24,000 nt of DNA from Mucinivorans hirudinis (GTDB lineage Bacteria > Bacteroidota > Bacteroidia > Bacteroidales > Rikenellaceae). The position numbers were made by a program, and so were the translations under genes. This document shows, piece after piece, positions 14,770-23,158 of the stretch (position 1 is the first letter of the stretch; each line of letters begins with the position of its first letter). The stretch spans positions 504,798 to 528,797 of the forward strand of contig HG934468.1 in NCBI GenBank assembly GCA_000723505.1, written 5' to 3'. The notes under the pieces were generated by a model that searched no databases, was not told the DNA's origin, and was given only the letters and a program-made list of their open reading frames with translations.

Positions 14770-15138
14770 TTATTCGTTAATACTTGCTCTGGTGTAATCT
14801 CCATTTGGCGAGAAGGTCAGTACATCGGTTGCCTCGTTGTACGCCACATCGATCCGAAAACCTGTGTTGAAGAAGAGATTTTCTCCCTCTCGGACTATCA
14901 GATAGGTTTCGGGCTTGACTTTTCGGGTTACGCCTGAGCGTTTGAAAATGGTTATTTTGTACTGCTCGCCCTCTTTGAAGATGAGCACGTCGGGCTTACC
15001 GCCTATGCTCACCCAGTTGCCGCATAACTTGTTCAAATCGGGCTCTTTCACCTCTGCGCAAGCGGTCAGCAGTAGCGAAGTCAGGACAAGGGCATAGCCA
15101 GCCAACTCTAAAAGTCGGCTCTTTGAAATGGTTGTCAT
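14770..15138 (-). CDS. traH: Small lipoprotein at the TraH position (DUF3876-like)
   Basis: 122 aa with lipobox LLLTAC. It lies between traG and traI. The name is assigned by gene order only. Confidence 0.6.
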   Translation of the reverse strand: MTTISKSRLLELAGYALVLTSLLLTACAEVKEPDLNKLCGNWVSIGGKPDVLIFKEGEQYKITIFKRSGVTRKVKPETYLIVREGENLFFNTGFRIDVAYNEATDVLTFSPNGDYTRASINE

Positions 15139-15152
15139 AATGTTGATTGTTC

Positions 15153-17657
15153 TTAAGTTTTACTTCGTTTTTTGTCGGCAAGCTGTTTGATTGCCAACTC
15201 TATATCACCTCCCAACTTCTCGGCAAGGTTCAGCACCTCAATCTTTTCGGTCTCCTCGGTGGTGTAGGTTAGATACTCCTCTGCCGACACTTCTGTGGCA
15301 TAGACTGCCGAGTGCGTACCGCCGAGTCCGATCCATACCTCTTTGTAGAGTCGTGAGGGGTTGTTCGCCTGATTGATAGAGAGTATCTGACCACGTTCTT
15401 TTTCGGTCAAACCCAGCAGGGCTTGAATAGAGCCGAACTTGTTCATGTACTTGCGTTGGTCGAGCAAGATTTTACAGTCAGAGTTATTGATAATCGCCTC
15501 CTTGACTACAGGGCTGGAGATAATATCATCCACCTCCTGCGTTACGACAATGGCTTCCCCGAAGTATTTACGGACAGTTTTGTACATATATTTCAGATAC
15601 TCAGCCATTGACGGAGAGGACAACGCCTTCCAAGCCTCTTCCACAATGAGCTGTTTGCGAATACCTTTCAAGCGACGCATTTTGTTGATAAATGCCTCCA
15701 TTATGATAATCGTCACCACAGGGAAAAGCTCCTTGTTCTCTTTTATGGCATCAATTTCAAAGACTATAAAGCGTTTACTGAGTAGGTCGATATTCTTATC
15801 GGAGTTGAGCAGAAAATCAAATCGTCCACCACTGTAATACTGGCGCAGCGTAGTGAGGAAATTGTCGATATTAAAGTCCGCTTTGCTCACCTTAATATCT
15901 CTGTTTTCCAACTCCGTGCGGTAGTCGTCTCGCATAAATTCGTAGAAGCTATTGAAATTCGGAACGATACTGCGGTCATCTTTGATACGGTTGATGTAGG
16001 CGGTTACCGCACTACCTAACTCGCCACTTTCCGTTTTGGAAATTTTATCCTCTTCGCTCTTCCACAAGGTCAGCAACAGTGTCTTGATACTGTCCTTTTT
16101 CTCCACATCGAAATGGTAATCATCGGTGAAAAAGGGATTAAAACTAATCGGATTCTCCTCCGTGTAGGTGAAATACACACCATCGTCTCCTTTGGTCTTT
16201 TTGTGTATCATCTCACACAAACCCTGATAGCTGTTACCCGTATCGACAAGCACCACGTGCGTGCCCTGCTCGTAGTATTGGCGGACAAGGTGGTTCATGA
16301 AGAAAGATTTACCGCTTCCCGACGGTCCCAAAACAAATTTGTTTCGGTTGGTCGTGATGCCTCGCTTCATCGGCAAATCGGAGATGTCGATATGGAGCGG
16401 TTTCCCTGTCAATCTATCTACCATTTTAATTCCGAATGGTGACGGTGAAGATTGGTAGTTGGTCTCTTGCGTGAAGAAACAGACCGCCTGTTCGATGAAC
16501 GTATAGAACGATTCTTCCGAGGGAAAATCCGCCTCATTGCCCGGAATACCAGCCCAAAATAGTGTCGGCGTATCAACGGTGTTGTGTCGGGGCTTGCACT
16601 CCATTTGTGAAAGTTGCGACCCCACATCGTTTTTGATATGCTTCAACTCCTCACGGTCGTCGCTCCACGCCATCACATTGCAGTGGCAACGTACCGAGGT
16701 GAGCCCGTAGCTGTGCGCTTCGTTCAGATATTGGTCAATCCACTCCTTGTTGATTTGGTTCGAGCGGCTGTACTTCGATAGCGAGTGCATATTCTTGGCT
16801 GCTTTCTCAAACTTTTGCAGATTGGCGGCACTGTCATCAATAAACACAAACTGATTATAGATGTGGTTGCACGACAACAGCAGTCCAACAGGAGCGGCAA
16901 ACGAGAGACGGCAGTCGCTTCTATCCGTTGAGAGTTTCTCGTATCGCATATCAGTGGCGGCACGGCTTGGCATATCCTCCGCATCGGAAAGCGTATGCAA
17001 ACAGATATAGTTGTCGCCGATTTTCATTTCATCGGCTGCCAGTGCTATATCCTGCAAACAGGTTGTATCACTTTGCGACAGCGAAAAATACTTTTCAATA
17101 ATCCCCGCTTCGCTATCCGTTCCGACAATTTCGTCAGAGGTCAGGCGGTGCAGCTTCACAAATCCGCTCTCATTCATAATGCTTGCGAATTGCCCAACCG
17201 CCTCAATAAACTTCGTTACCGTTTCGGTGTCCTTAATCTCTTTCGGGATGATGAACCCACGACACAGCGTTGAAAAGTTGCTTTGCGTGCGGCTACGCTC
17301 CTTGGTTGTTTTCGTCAGAAATAAGTAGCAGTAGTGATTTAGATAGGGTCGCTCATTGAAATGACGCTCAAAAGACCGGCTCAAAAAACTCATCTCCCCG
17401 TCTATTTGTGGTTGGTACTCCTCACGGATAAAAATATCCTGTTTGTGGACGATGCTGTAATCGGGCAATACTTTCATCGCCTTGACCCAAGCCGAGTGTA
17501 CAGCTTCGTACTCCGCTGACGTTACGGTGTAGAGTTCGGGCAGCTCCACCCGAAACCCTACCGTCACATCAGCATCTTTGCTCACGATACAATCGTGTTC
17601 CACAGAGAGTAGCGGAAACTTACTCTCTAATGTGGTTGCTTTTAATGTATTTCTCAT
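15153..17657 (-). CDS. traG: TraG, VirB4-family type IV secretion ATPase
   Basis: 834 aa. It has Walker A GPSGSGKS, a Walker B-like LIVFEID / VEEAW, and the typical N-terminus ...LESKFPLLSVEHDCIVSKDADVTVGFRVELPE. Confidence 0.92.
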   Translation of the reverse strand: MRNTLKATTLESKFPLLSVEHDCIVSKDADVTVGFRVELPELYTVTSAEYEAVHSAWVKAMKVLPDYSIVHKQDIFIREEYQPQIDGEMSFLSRSFERHFNERPYLNHYCYLFLTKTTKERSRTQSNFSTLCRGFIIPKEIKDTETVTKFIEAVGQFASIMNESGFVKLHRLTSDEIVGTDSEAGIIEKYFSLSQSDTTCLQDIALAADEMKIGDNYICLHTLSDAEDMPSRAATDMRYEKLSTDRSDCRLSFAAPVGLLLSCNHIYNQFVFIDDSAANLQKFEKAAKNMHSLSKYSRSNQINKEWIDQYLNEAHSYGLTSVRCHCNVMAWSDDREELKHIKNDVGSQLSQMECKPRHNTVDTPTLFWAGIPGNEADFPSEESFYTFIEQAVCFFTQETNYQSSPSPFGIKMVDRLTGKPLHIDISDLPMKRGITTNRNKFVLGPSGSGKSFFMNHLVRQYYEQGTHVVLVDTGNSYQGLCEMIHKKTKGDDGVYFTYTEENPISFNPFFTDDYHFDVEKKDSIKTLLLTLWKSEEDKISKTESGELGSAVTAYINRIKDDRSIVPNFNSFYEFMRDDYRTELENRDIKVSKADFNIDNFLTTLRQYYSGGRFDFLLNSDKNIDLLSKRFIVFEIDAIKENKELFPVVTIIIMEAFINKMRRLKGIRKQLIVEEAWKALSSPSMAEYLKYMYKTVRKYFGEAIVVTQEVDDIISSPVVKEAIINNSDCKILLDQRKYMNKFGSIQALLGLTEKERGQILSINQANNPSRLYKEVWIGLGGTHSAVYATEVSAEEYLTYTTEETEKIEVLNLAEKLGGDIELAIKQLADKKRSKT

Positions 17658-18001
17658 TCTTCTTTTCTATTTTGCTTATTTGAGGGACGACGAAATCTAA
17701 TAAAGGGTCTATGACCCCGTCGGTTGATAATGTATTTCGGGTGGCTGCCACGGGCTTGAAGTTTCATCAATCCGTGTTCGCCATATTTGGCGTTCAAGGC
17801 GAATGTCTGCCACACCAGAACTGATGCGGCAATGACCCCAAACCCGATGCAGAACCACTGGTTGATGCCAACCATATACATTATCACAAAGAGGATAAAA
17901 GTTGCCAACAGTCCACCCACGAAGATGAATAGGTATTGACTTTTGAGCCCCTTAAACTCAACCGACTTGCCAATCCCTCTGTTGATTGGAAACTCTGCCA
18001 T
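17654..18001 (-). CDS. traF: Conjugative transposon protein TraF (DUF4133-like)
   Basis: Start taken at MAEFPINRGIGKSVEFKGLKSQYLFIF (codon 20 of ORF 17654..18058). It has two TM segments and overlaps the traG start by 4 nt. Confidence 0.8.
   Translation of the reverse strand: MAEFPINRGIGKSVEFKGLKSQYLFIFVGGLLATFILFVIMYMVGINQWFCIGFGVIAASVLVWQTFALNAKYGEHGLMKLQARGSHPKYIINRRGHRPFIRFRRPSNKQNRKEE
17696..17718 (-). repeat. Copy A of the same motif, upstream of traG (inside the traF 3' end)
   Basis: Plus strand TCTAATAAAGGGTCTATGACCCC. It ends about 40 nt upstream of the traG ATG (17657). Confidence 0.7.
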
Positions 18002-18006
18002 AGCCG

Positions 18007-18306
18007 TTAAAGGAAGAATGAGCGAAGAATAGTAGCAGCCACAATCAGGAAGATGCACGCCCCGAACCAGCTTGCCGCTGTTTTTGAGGTGTCGGGGTCG
18101 CCCGATGAGAACTTGCCGTAGACCTTCACACCGCCGATGAGTCCGACAACGGCGCCGATGGCGTAGATGAGCTTGGTCACGGGGTCGAAGTAGGAGGTTA
18201 CCATATTGGTCGCCTCGGTGATACCCGCCGTACCGTTACCTTGTGCCATTGCGGAGGAGGCTGCCAAGAGGCAGGCTACTGAAAATAAGATTTGCTTTTT
18301 AGTCAT
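18007..18306 (-). CDS. traE: Conjugative transposon protein TraE (DUF4134-like, pilin-like)
   Basis: Start taken at MTKKQILFSVACLLAASSAMAQG (codon 16 of ORF 18007..18351). The C-terminus reads ...GDPDTSKTAASWFGACIFLIVAATILRSFFL. Confidence 0.8.
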   Translation of the reverse strand: MTKKQILFSVACLLAASSAMAQGNGTAGITEATNMVTSYFDPVTKLIYAIGAVVGLIGGVKVYGKFSSGDPDTSKTAASWFGACIFLIVAATILRSFFL

Positions 18307-18458
18307 AAATGCTTTACTGTTTTTTGCTGACGGGCAGAGGTTTTTACTCATGTGCCTCTGTCAGGGGTTAATACTTGTTTTACTTTTGGATTTTAGTGGT
18401 GGCTACTCACTCTTTCAGCCGTAATCATACTTGCTCATTGCTTTGCGTTTTTTAGTTG

Positions 18459-19160
18459 TTATACAAAATCCCGAATGTCGAACCCGCTGATGTCGGCAGG
18501 CACTTTCACCTCGGTGTTAGTCCGGGGATGGAGTGAAACCCCAACTGCTTCCCCCTGCTCGGAGATAGGCTTGTTTAAGATTTCATCCATTAACCCCGAT
18601 ATTCGTTTAGCTCTATCGGAGCTGCTTCCTATTATCTTGCTGAACAAATCGTCTCCCTCCATATCTGAAAAGAGTTGTCCCGCCTGTTTTCGCTCCTGCG
18701 GTGTGGCAGATGGATTTTCGGCAGTCTTTATCGCTGCCCCTATCTCCTCGAAGCTCGCTCCGCTGGCGTACCCTTTGGACGGAAGTCTCTCTTGTTCGTC
18801 TTCATCGTACTCCTGTGGAACATCTGAAATCCGAATATCCTCAAACGCCTCGTCTATCTGCTCGCCGGACAACCGTGCGGAGGGAGTATCTTCGTTCTCG
18901 TCGGCAAATGTAACGGCAATATCCGTAATATCTTCACCTTCAGGCTCTGTGGCAGCTTGTGGCTTCGGAATGGAAGCTACTTGCTCTTTCGGTTTCATTT
19001 TGAAGCGGCTCTTGCCGACAATTTCGTCCGTCTGTTGTGTGGGCTTGTCGGGTGCTCGCTCCTTCACTGAGCTATTATCTTTCTTCTTTCGCCCGGACAG
19101 GATATAGGCGACCAACCACGCATTGTAAAGCAGCAGCAGGCATATCAATAGTGTTTCCAT
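18459..19160 (-). CDS. traD: Conjugal transfer protein TraD (N-terminal TM, acidic low-complexity body)
   Basis: 233 aa. METLLICLLLLYNAWLVAYILSGRKKK is followed by a D/E-rich region. It occupies the position between traC and traE. Confidence 0.75.
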   Translation of the reverse strand: METLLICLLLLYNAWLVAYILSGRKKKDNSSVKERAPDKPTQQTDEIVGKSRFKMKPKEQVASIPKPQAATEPEGEDITDIAVTFADENEDTPSARLSGEQIDEAFEDIRISDVPQEYDEDEQERLPSKGYASGASFEEIGAAIKTAENPSATPQERKQAGQLFSDMEGDDLFSKIIGSSSDRAKRISGLMDEILNKPISEQGEAVGVSLHPRTNTEVKVPADISGFDIRDFV

Positions 19161-19162
19161 AA

Positions 19163-19468
19163 TTAAAAAATAGACTTGCTGTGCTTATTGTACAATTCCG
19201 TAATCTCGTCTTTATGAAGCCTGAAGTGTTCTTCAATAACATTATCAATAAATCCGTAGATGGAGGTGTCGTTTTGACCTATGACACTTGTAATAAGTTG
19301 AATCCGCTCGTGGTATTCTTTTCTTATGTATGCCAGTTTACCTTCTTTGGCTTTGACATTGGGTTCTTTCAAGAAGGACTCCTTGTAGCTTGAACTTTTC
19401 GATTCATTCTGTTGCGTTTCCGATGTTGGAGATGCTTGTTTTGCGGAGAAAATTCTCTTTAGTTTCAT
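19163..19468 (-). CDS. traC: TraC (DUF3408-like)
   Basis: 101 aa. The C-terminal block YIRKEYHERIQLITSVIGQNDTSIYGFIDNVIEEHFRLHKDEITELYNKHSKSIF is paralogous to TraB. Confidence 0.75.
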   Translation of the reverse strand: MKLKRIFSAKQASPTSETQQNESKSSSYKESFLKEPNVKAKEGKLAYIRKEYHERIQLITSVIGQNDTSIYGFIDNVIEEHFRLHKDEITELYNKHSKSIF

Positions 19469-19487
19469 AATATTGTTGTTTTAATTG

Positions 19488-19916
19488 TTAAAAAATGGAT
19501 TCATTATTTTTATTGTACAATTCGGTTATCTCATCTTGGAATGAGGCGAAATGATGAGCCAATACGTTGTCTATATAGCTAAACAAGGAGACCTCATCTC
19601 TACCGATTACCCTGACTATACGTTGTATCCGCTCGTGATACTCTTTGCGTACATAGGTGGTCTTTCCGAATCTTGCCGAAATGGTTGCCTCTTTCATAAA
19701 TAGCTCGTGATACTCCTCGTCTTTACTTTTTTGTTTTCGACGACGGGGCTCTTCGGCTATCGTTTTTTGAGATGTAGAGACTATTATCGGCTCTGATTGT
19801 TCTTCGGCTCGCACCTGTTCAGAGTGTTCTTCTGCCACAGGTGCGAGTTCATCCTGCCTAAATGAGTTTATGATGAAATTCTCATCAATGTTATCTATTT
19901 TCAACTTTTTAGCCAT
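19488..19916 (-). CDS. traB: TraB (DUF3408-like)
   Basis: 142 aa. The C-terminal block YVRKEYHERIQRIVRVIGRDEVSLFSYIDNVLAHHFASFQDEITELYNKNNESIF is paralogous to TraC. Confidence 0.75.
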   Translation of the reverse strand: MAKKLKIDNIDENFIINSFRQDELAPVAEEHSEQVRAEEQSEPIIVSTSQKTIAEEPRRRKQKSKDEEYHELFMKEATISARFGKTTYVRKEYHERIQRIVRVIGRDEVSLFSYIDNVLAHHFASFQDEITELYNKNNESIF

Positions 19917-19922
19917 CGGGTA

Positions 19923-20675
19923 CTATTTTATGATGGTTATAATTTCCTCTACAAGTGCATCCAGATTACTGCCCCGAATGAGCATCTTATCAGCAGGAAA
20001 GATGGTGGAGCGAAACACTTGTTTACGTTCTGTTGCCGCCTCTTTGCGAAATCGCTTGCTGTCGGGCAAAAAGGTTTTCATAACAGGAAGTGCCATCCGG
20101 GCACATACCTTTTCGTACATTTCGTAGAGTTCGCTTTTTTCTCGACCATCTACCATATTCCATAGTAGATGAAATCCTTTGATGTTTGTTTTACCCGTAC
20201 TCATTAGGTGCTCGTGAACTACCGTGGCAAAACGGATAGAACTCTCCATCACCACACGATCCGCAATAATGGGACAGAATATGTAGTCCATCGTAGCAAT
20301 CGTATTGACAACACTGGCATTGTTAATCGTACCGGGCAGGTCGAAGAAGATAAAATCAAGAGGCTGTCCCGAATTGATTAGTCGGATAGCTGTGTCGGCA
20401 GCATCTTCAGGGCGGCTTTCAACAACGATGTAAGCCTTCTTTTGCAGACGCGTAAATTGTTCATAAGCCATCATTTTGTAATGGTCATCGTTTGTTACTG
20501 ATGCTAAATCCCGCTCTCGCATATCTTTTATGCTGTACTGCGGAAAGTCGCAATCTACTACTGCTACATTGTAGCCTTTAACATAGTGGAGATAACTGGC
20601 GGCAAGCACCGTTAAAGTTGTTTTGCCTGCTCCACCTTTCTGGGTGGAGAAAGCTACATAAATTGGTTCGTTCAT
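19923..20675 (-). CDS. traA: TraA, ParA/MinD-family ATPase
   Basis: 250 aa with a deviant Walker A, STQKGGAGKTT. It is the first gene of the tra operon, divergent from mobA. Confidence 0.9.
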   Translation of the reverse strand: MNEPIYVAFSTQKGGAGKTTLTVLAASYLHYVKGYNVAVVDCDFPQYSIKDMRERDLASVTNDDHYKMMAYEQFTRLQKKAYIVVESRPEDAADTAIRLINSGQPLDFIFFDLPGTINNASVVNTIATMDYIFCPIIADRVVMESSIRFATVVHEHLMSTGKTNIKGFHLLWNMVDGREKSELYEMYEKVCARMALPVMKTFLPDSKRFRKEAATERKQVFRSTIFPADKMLIRGSNLDALVEEIITIIK

Positions 20676-21030
20676 TTTTACATTTGTTTTATTAGTGATA
20701 CAATCGTTTTTTTATCTGTTTTTACCAAGATTAGTTTTCCAATTTGGGTACATAGTGAAATATTTATTCTGCTATATACTCCAATCTTTATACTGACCAA
20801 TGTTGCGATAGAACAACAGAGTGATGTTGTGCTGTTTGTTAAAAGCGATCATTCGACAATCAGTTTTAAGTCGTACCGGTCATTGTATAATTAGGTTGGT
20901 TTTTGCGTTGCCGCAATAAATATCGAAACGGTCTTATGTTCGATTATTCCAATATTCATCCGGCTATGACAACCAATTCTTCGACAAATAAACAATGAAT
21001 AATGAGCAGTTGTATCCCTTTTAGCCCTCG

Positions 21031-21074
21031 TGGCAGCTTGTGGCGTTGGAATGGAAGCTACTGGCTCTTTCGCA
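21031..21074. repeat. 44-bp traD-derived fragment, a direct repeat of 18949..18992
   Basis: GTGGCAGCTTGTGGCGTTGGAATGGAAGCTACTGGCTCTTTCGC versus GTGGCAGCTTGTGGCTTCGGAATGGAAGCTACTTGCTCTTTCGG. They are 41/44 identical (final bases C versus G included as a mismatch outside the count), in the same orientation. Confidence 0.85.
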
Positions 21075-21168
21075 TCTCAAAATCAGCTCTATAAACCCCC
21101 TAACTTTGCACCCAAGCAACAAGGCTCACCGATGATGTTCGCCGCACCGTTGAGATAAGCTCTCTCCA

Positions 21169-21440
21169 ATCCGTCCCCCTGACGGATTTTTATGTTCATC
21201 GGAACATAGCAAGGTGTCTTTTGAGTTACTCAAAAGGCAATGGGTTACTCCCATCGCACCTTGCTCTTGCAGAGGGCTGGGTTATTTACTCGGAACTCGT
21301 AAATAACTCGGTGTCGCCGTGGCGACCCTCCGAAGTCGGAAAGCCCTTTTTCATACCTGCGGTAGGCGTTAAGCGGTGGCTTATGTGGCGAAACCACAAA
21401 ATTCTTAGGAGCGAAGGCAAACGAGCTTGCTCGGTTTGCT
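21169..21440 (+). promoter_or_regulatory. Candidate oriT / mob promoter region, a cluster of hairpins
   Basis: Inverted repeats: AATCCGTC/GACGGATT (21169..21189, then T-run), ATGTTC/GAACAT (21193..21208), CTTTTGAG/CTCAAAAG (21219..21237), GTTATTTAC/GTAAATAAC (21282..21308), GTCGC/GCGAC (21314..21327) and GCAAACGAGC/GCTCGGTTTGC (21418..21440). They lie immediately upstream of mobA, where CTnDOT-type oriT sites are found. The nic site was not identified. Confidence 0.4.
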
Positions 21441-21477
21441 GAGTGACGACAGAATTTATGCAAAATCCACAGTTAAA

Positions 21478-21903
21478 ATGAGAGAAAAACAGAAGAGAAC
21501 GGGACGAGTCCCGAAGTTGAACCCCAAGACGCACTGCGTGATGGTGCGTTTTGATGATGAGGAACACGCCCGTTTCCTCACGATGTACGAGCAATCGGGA
21601 GAGTATGCCAAGGCGGTTTTTATCAAAGCACGGGTCTTTGGTGAGGTGTTCAAGGTGATAAAAGTGGATAACTCCACACCCGAATACTACGCTAAACTCT
21701 CCGATTTGCACGCACAATTTCGTCGCATCGGAGTTAATTACAACCAAGTTGTGAAAGAGTTAAAGAGCCGATTTTCGGAGAAAAAGGCGTTGGCACTGCT
21801 CTATAAGTTGGAGGAAATCACACGGGAATTGGTTGTCGTGAGCCGTGAAGTGTTAGTCTTGACACAGAAATTTGAACAGCAATGGTCGCAAAAATCAATG
21901 TAG
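21478..21903 (+). CDS. mobA: MobA, relaxosome accessory protein (MobC-family/RHH-like)
   Basis: Start taken at MREKQKRTGRVPKLNPKTHCVMVRFDDEEHARFLTMYEQSG (codon 18 of ORF 21427..21903). It overlaps the relaxase start by 22 nt. Confidence 0.8.
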   Translation: MREKQKRTGRVPKLNPKTHCVMVRFDDEEHARFLTMYEQSGEYAKAVFIKARVFGEVFKVIKVDNSTPEYYAKLSDLHAQFRRIGVNYNQVVKELKSRFSEKKALALLYKLEEITRELVVVSREVLVLTQKFEQQWSQKSM

Positions 21904-23138
21904 GCAGCAGCCTCTACGGAGCGTTATCCTACAACGGAGAGAAGGTAAACGAGGGAGAAGGCAAACTCCTTACCTCAAATAAAATCTTCGATAACGGTAC
22001 GGGAACGGTGGACATCGCTCGTGCGATGGCGGACTTCGAGCGGTATCTGCCCGAGCGTATGCGAACAGAAAAACACGTGATGCACATCTCGCTAAATCCG
22101 CATCCGGACGATAAACTGACCGATACCGAACTGGCAGACATCGCCCGTGAGTATATGGAGAAAATCGGTTATGGCGAGCAGCCCTTTGTTGTTTTTAAGC
22201 ACGAGGACATCGACCGCCAGCACCTGCATATCGTCTCCGTCCGTGTGGGCAAAGATGGCAAGCGGCTCAATAACGACTACATCCACCGCCGCAGCAAACG
22301 GGCGACCGAGGCTCTGGAAAAGCAGTACAACTTGCGTCCGTCGGGTAGCCGTCGGCAACGGATGGAGCTGGGGGCGTTGCACAAGGTGAACCCAGCCGAG
22401 GGCAATGTGAAACGGCAGGTGGGCAATGTACTCAAAAGCATTTCGGGCAACTACCGTTTTCAGACGCTCGGTGAATATCGTGCCTTGCTATCGCTCTATA
22501 ACATCACCGTCGAGGAGACACGAGGCAAGGTCAGCGGTAGGGAGTATCGGGGCTTTGTCTACTCGGCATTAGACGAGAAAGGCAACAAGGTTGGCAATCC
22601 GCTCAAAGCCTCCCTTTTTGGCAAGTATGCCGGATGTGATGCTTTCGATAAGCGGTGCAGTAGCTCCAAAACGGAGATTGAAAGCAAAGATTTGGGCAAG
22701 TACACCAAAGGGAAAGTGTTTGCCGCTATGGGCAAATCTTCGGGCAAGCAGGAGCTAATCACCAACCTCAAAGCCAAAGGTATTGATGTGGTGTTGCGTG
22801 AGACGGACACAGGGCGGATTTACGGAGTAACATTTATCGACCACAACACAGGGTGCGTGCTCAATGGCTCACGAATGGGCAAAGAGCTTTCGGCAAATGC
22901 ACTGGAACAGTGGGTAGAGCGAAAAGAGGCTCAATATGCCGACAAGCCCGCCTATACTCCGCAAGGCGAAGCACCTGAGCAACGAGAGCTATTTGAGAAA
23001 CAGAGCGAGAACGATTCGCCAACGGGAGGGTTGTTCGACAACCTATCGTTGCTCCCCGATGGGACAGACCCCGAAGAGGAGGCGTTCCGTCGTCAGATGC
23101 AACGCAAAAAGAAGAAGAGAAAAGGAATGAAAATTTAA
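21882..23138 (+). CDS. mobB: MobB relaxase (relaxase/mobilization nuclease domain)
   Basis: 418 aa. The N-terminus MVAKINVGSSLYGALSYNGEKV carries candidate catalytic Tyr residues. The histidine motif is HEDIDRQHLHIVSVRV. Confidence 0.9.
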   Translation: MVAKINVGSSLYGALSYNGEKVNEGEGKLLTSNKIFDNGTGTVDIARAMADFERYLPERMRTEKHVMHISLNPHPDDKLTDTELADIAREYMEKIGYGEQPFVVFKHEDIDRQHLHIVSVRVGKDGKRLNNDYIHRRSKRATEALEKQYNLRPSGSRRQRMELGALHKVNPAEGNVKRQVGNVLKSISGNYRFQTLGEYRALLSLYNITVEETRGKVSGREYRGFVYSALDEKGNKVGNPLKASLFGKYAGCDAFDKRCSSSKTEIESKDLGKYTKGKVFAAMGKSSGKQELITNLKAKGIDVVLRETDTGRIYGVTFIDHNTGCVLNGSRMGKELSANALEQWVERKEAQYADKPAYTPQGEAPEQRELFEKQSENDSPTGGLFDNLSLLPDGTDPEEEAFRRQMQRKKKKRKGMKI

Positions 23139-23158
23139 CAACTTAAAAATCAATTATT

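Noticed and set aside
14539-14797. Plus-strand ORFs 14539..14742 and 14588..14797
   Set aside because: They are antisense to traI exon 1 and the traH 3' end, and they span the exon/intron boundary.
18475-19107. 210-aa plus-strand ORF (and 18701..18913) antisense to traD
   Set aside because: It is Ser/Cys-rich low-complexity sequence, fully contained antisense to a well-supported tra gene. It has no recognisable motifs and is a typical shadow ORF of an acidic D/E-rich gene.
21221-21747. ORFs 21221..21442 (+), 21245..21463 (-), 21286..21747 (-) and 21456..21677 (-)
   Set aside because: They overlap one another on both strands within the hairpin-rich intergenic region, or run antisense to mobA. 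They have no motifs, and the region is better explained as oriT or a leader.
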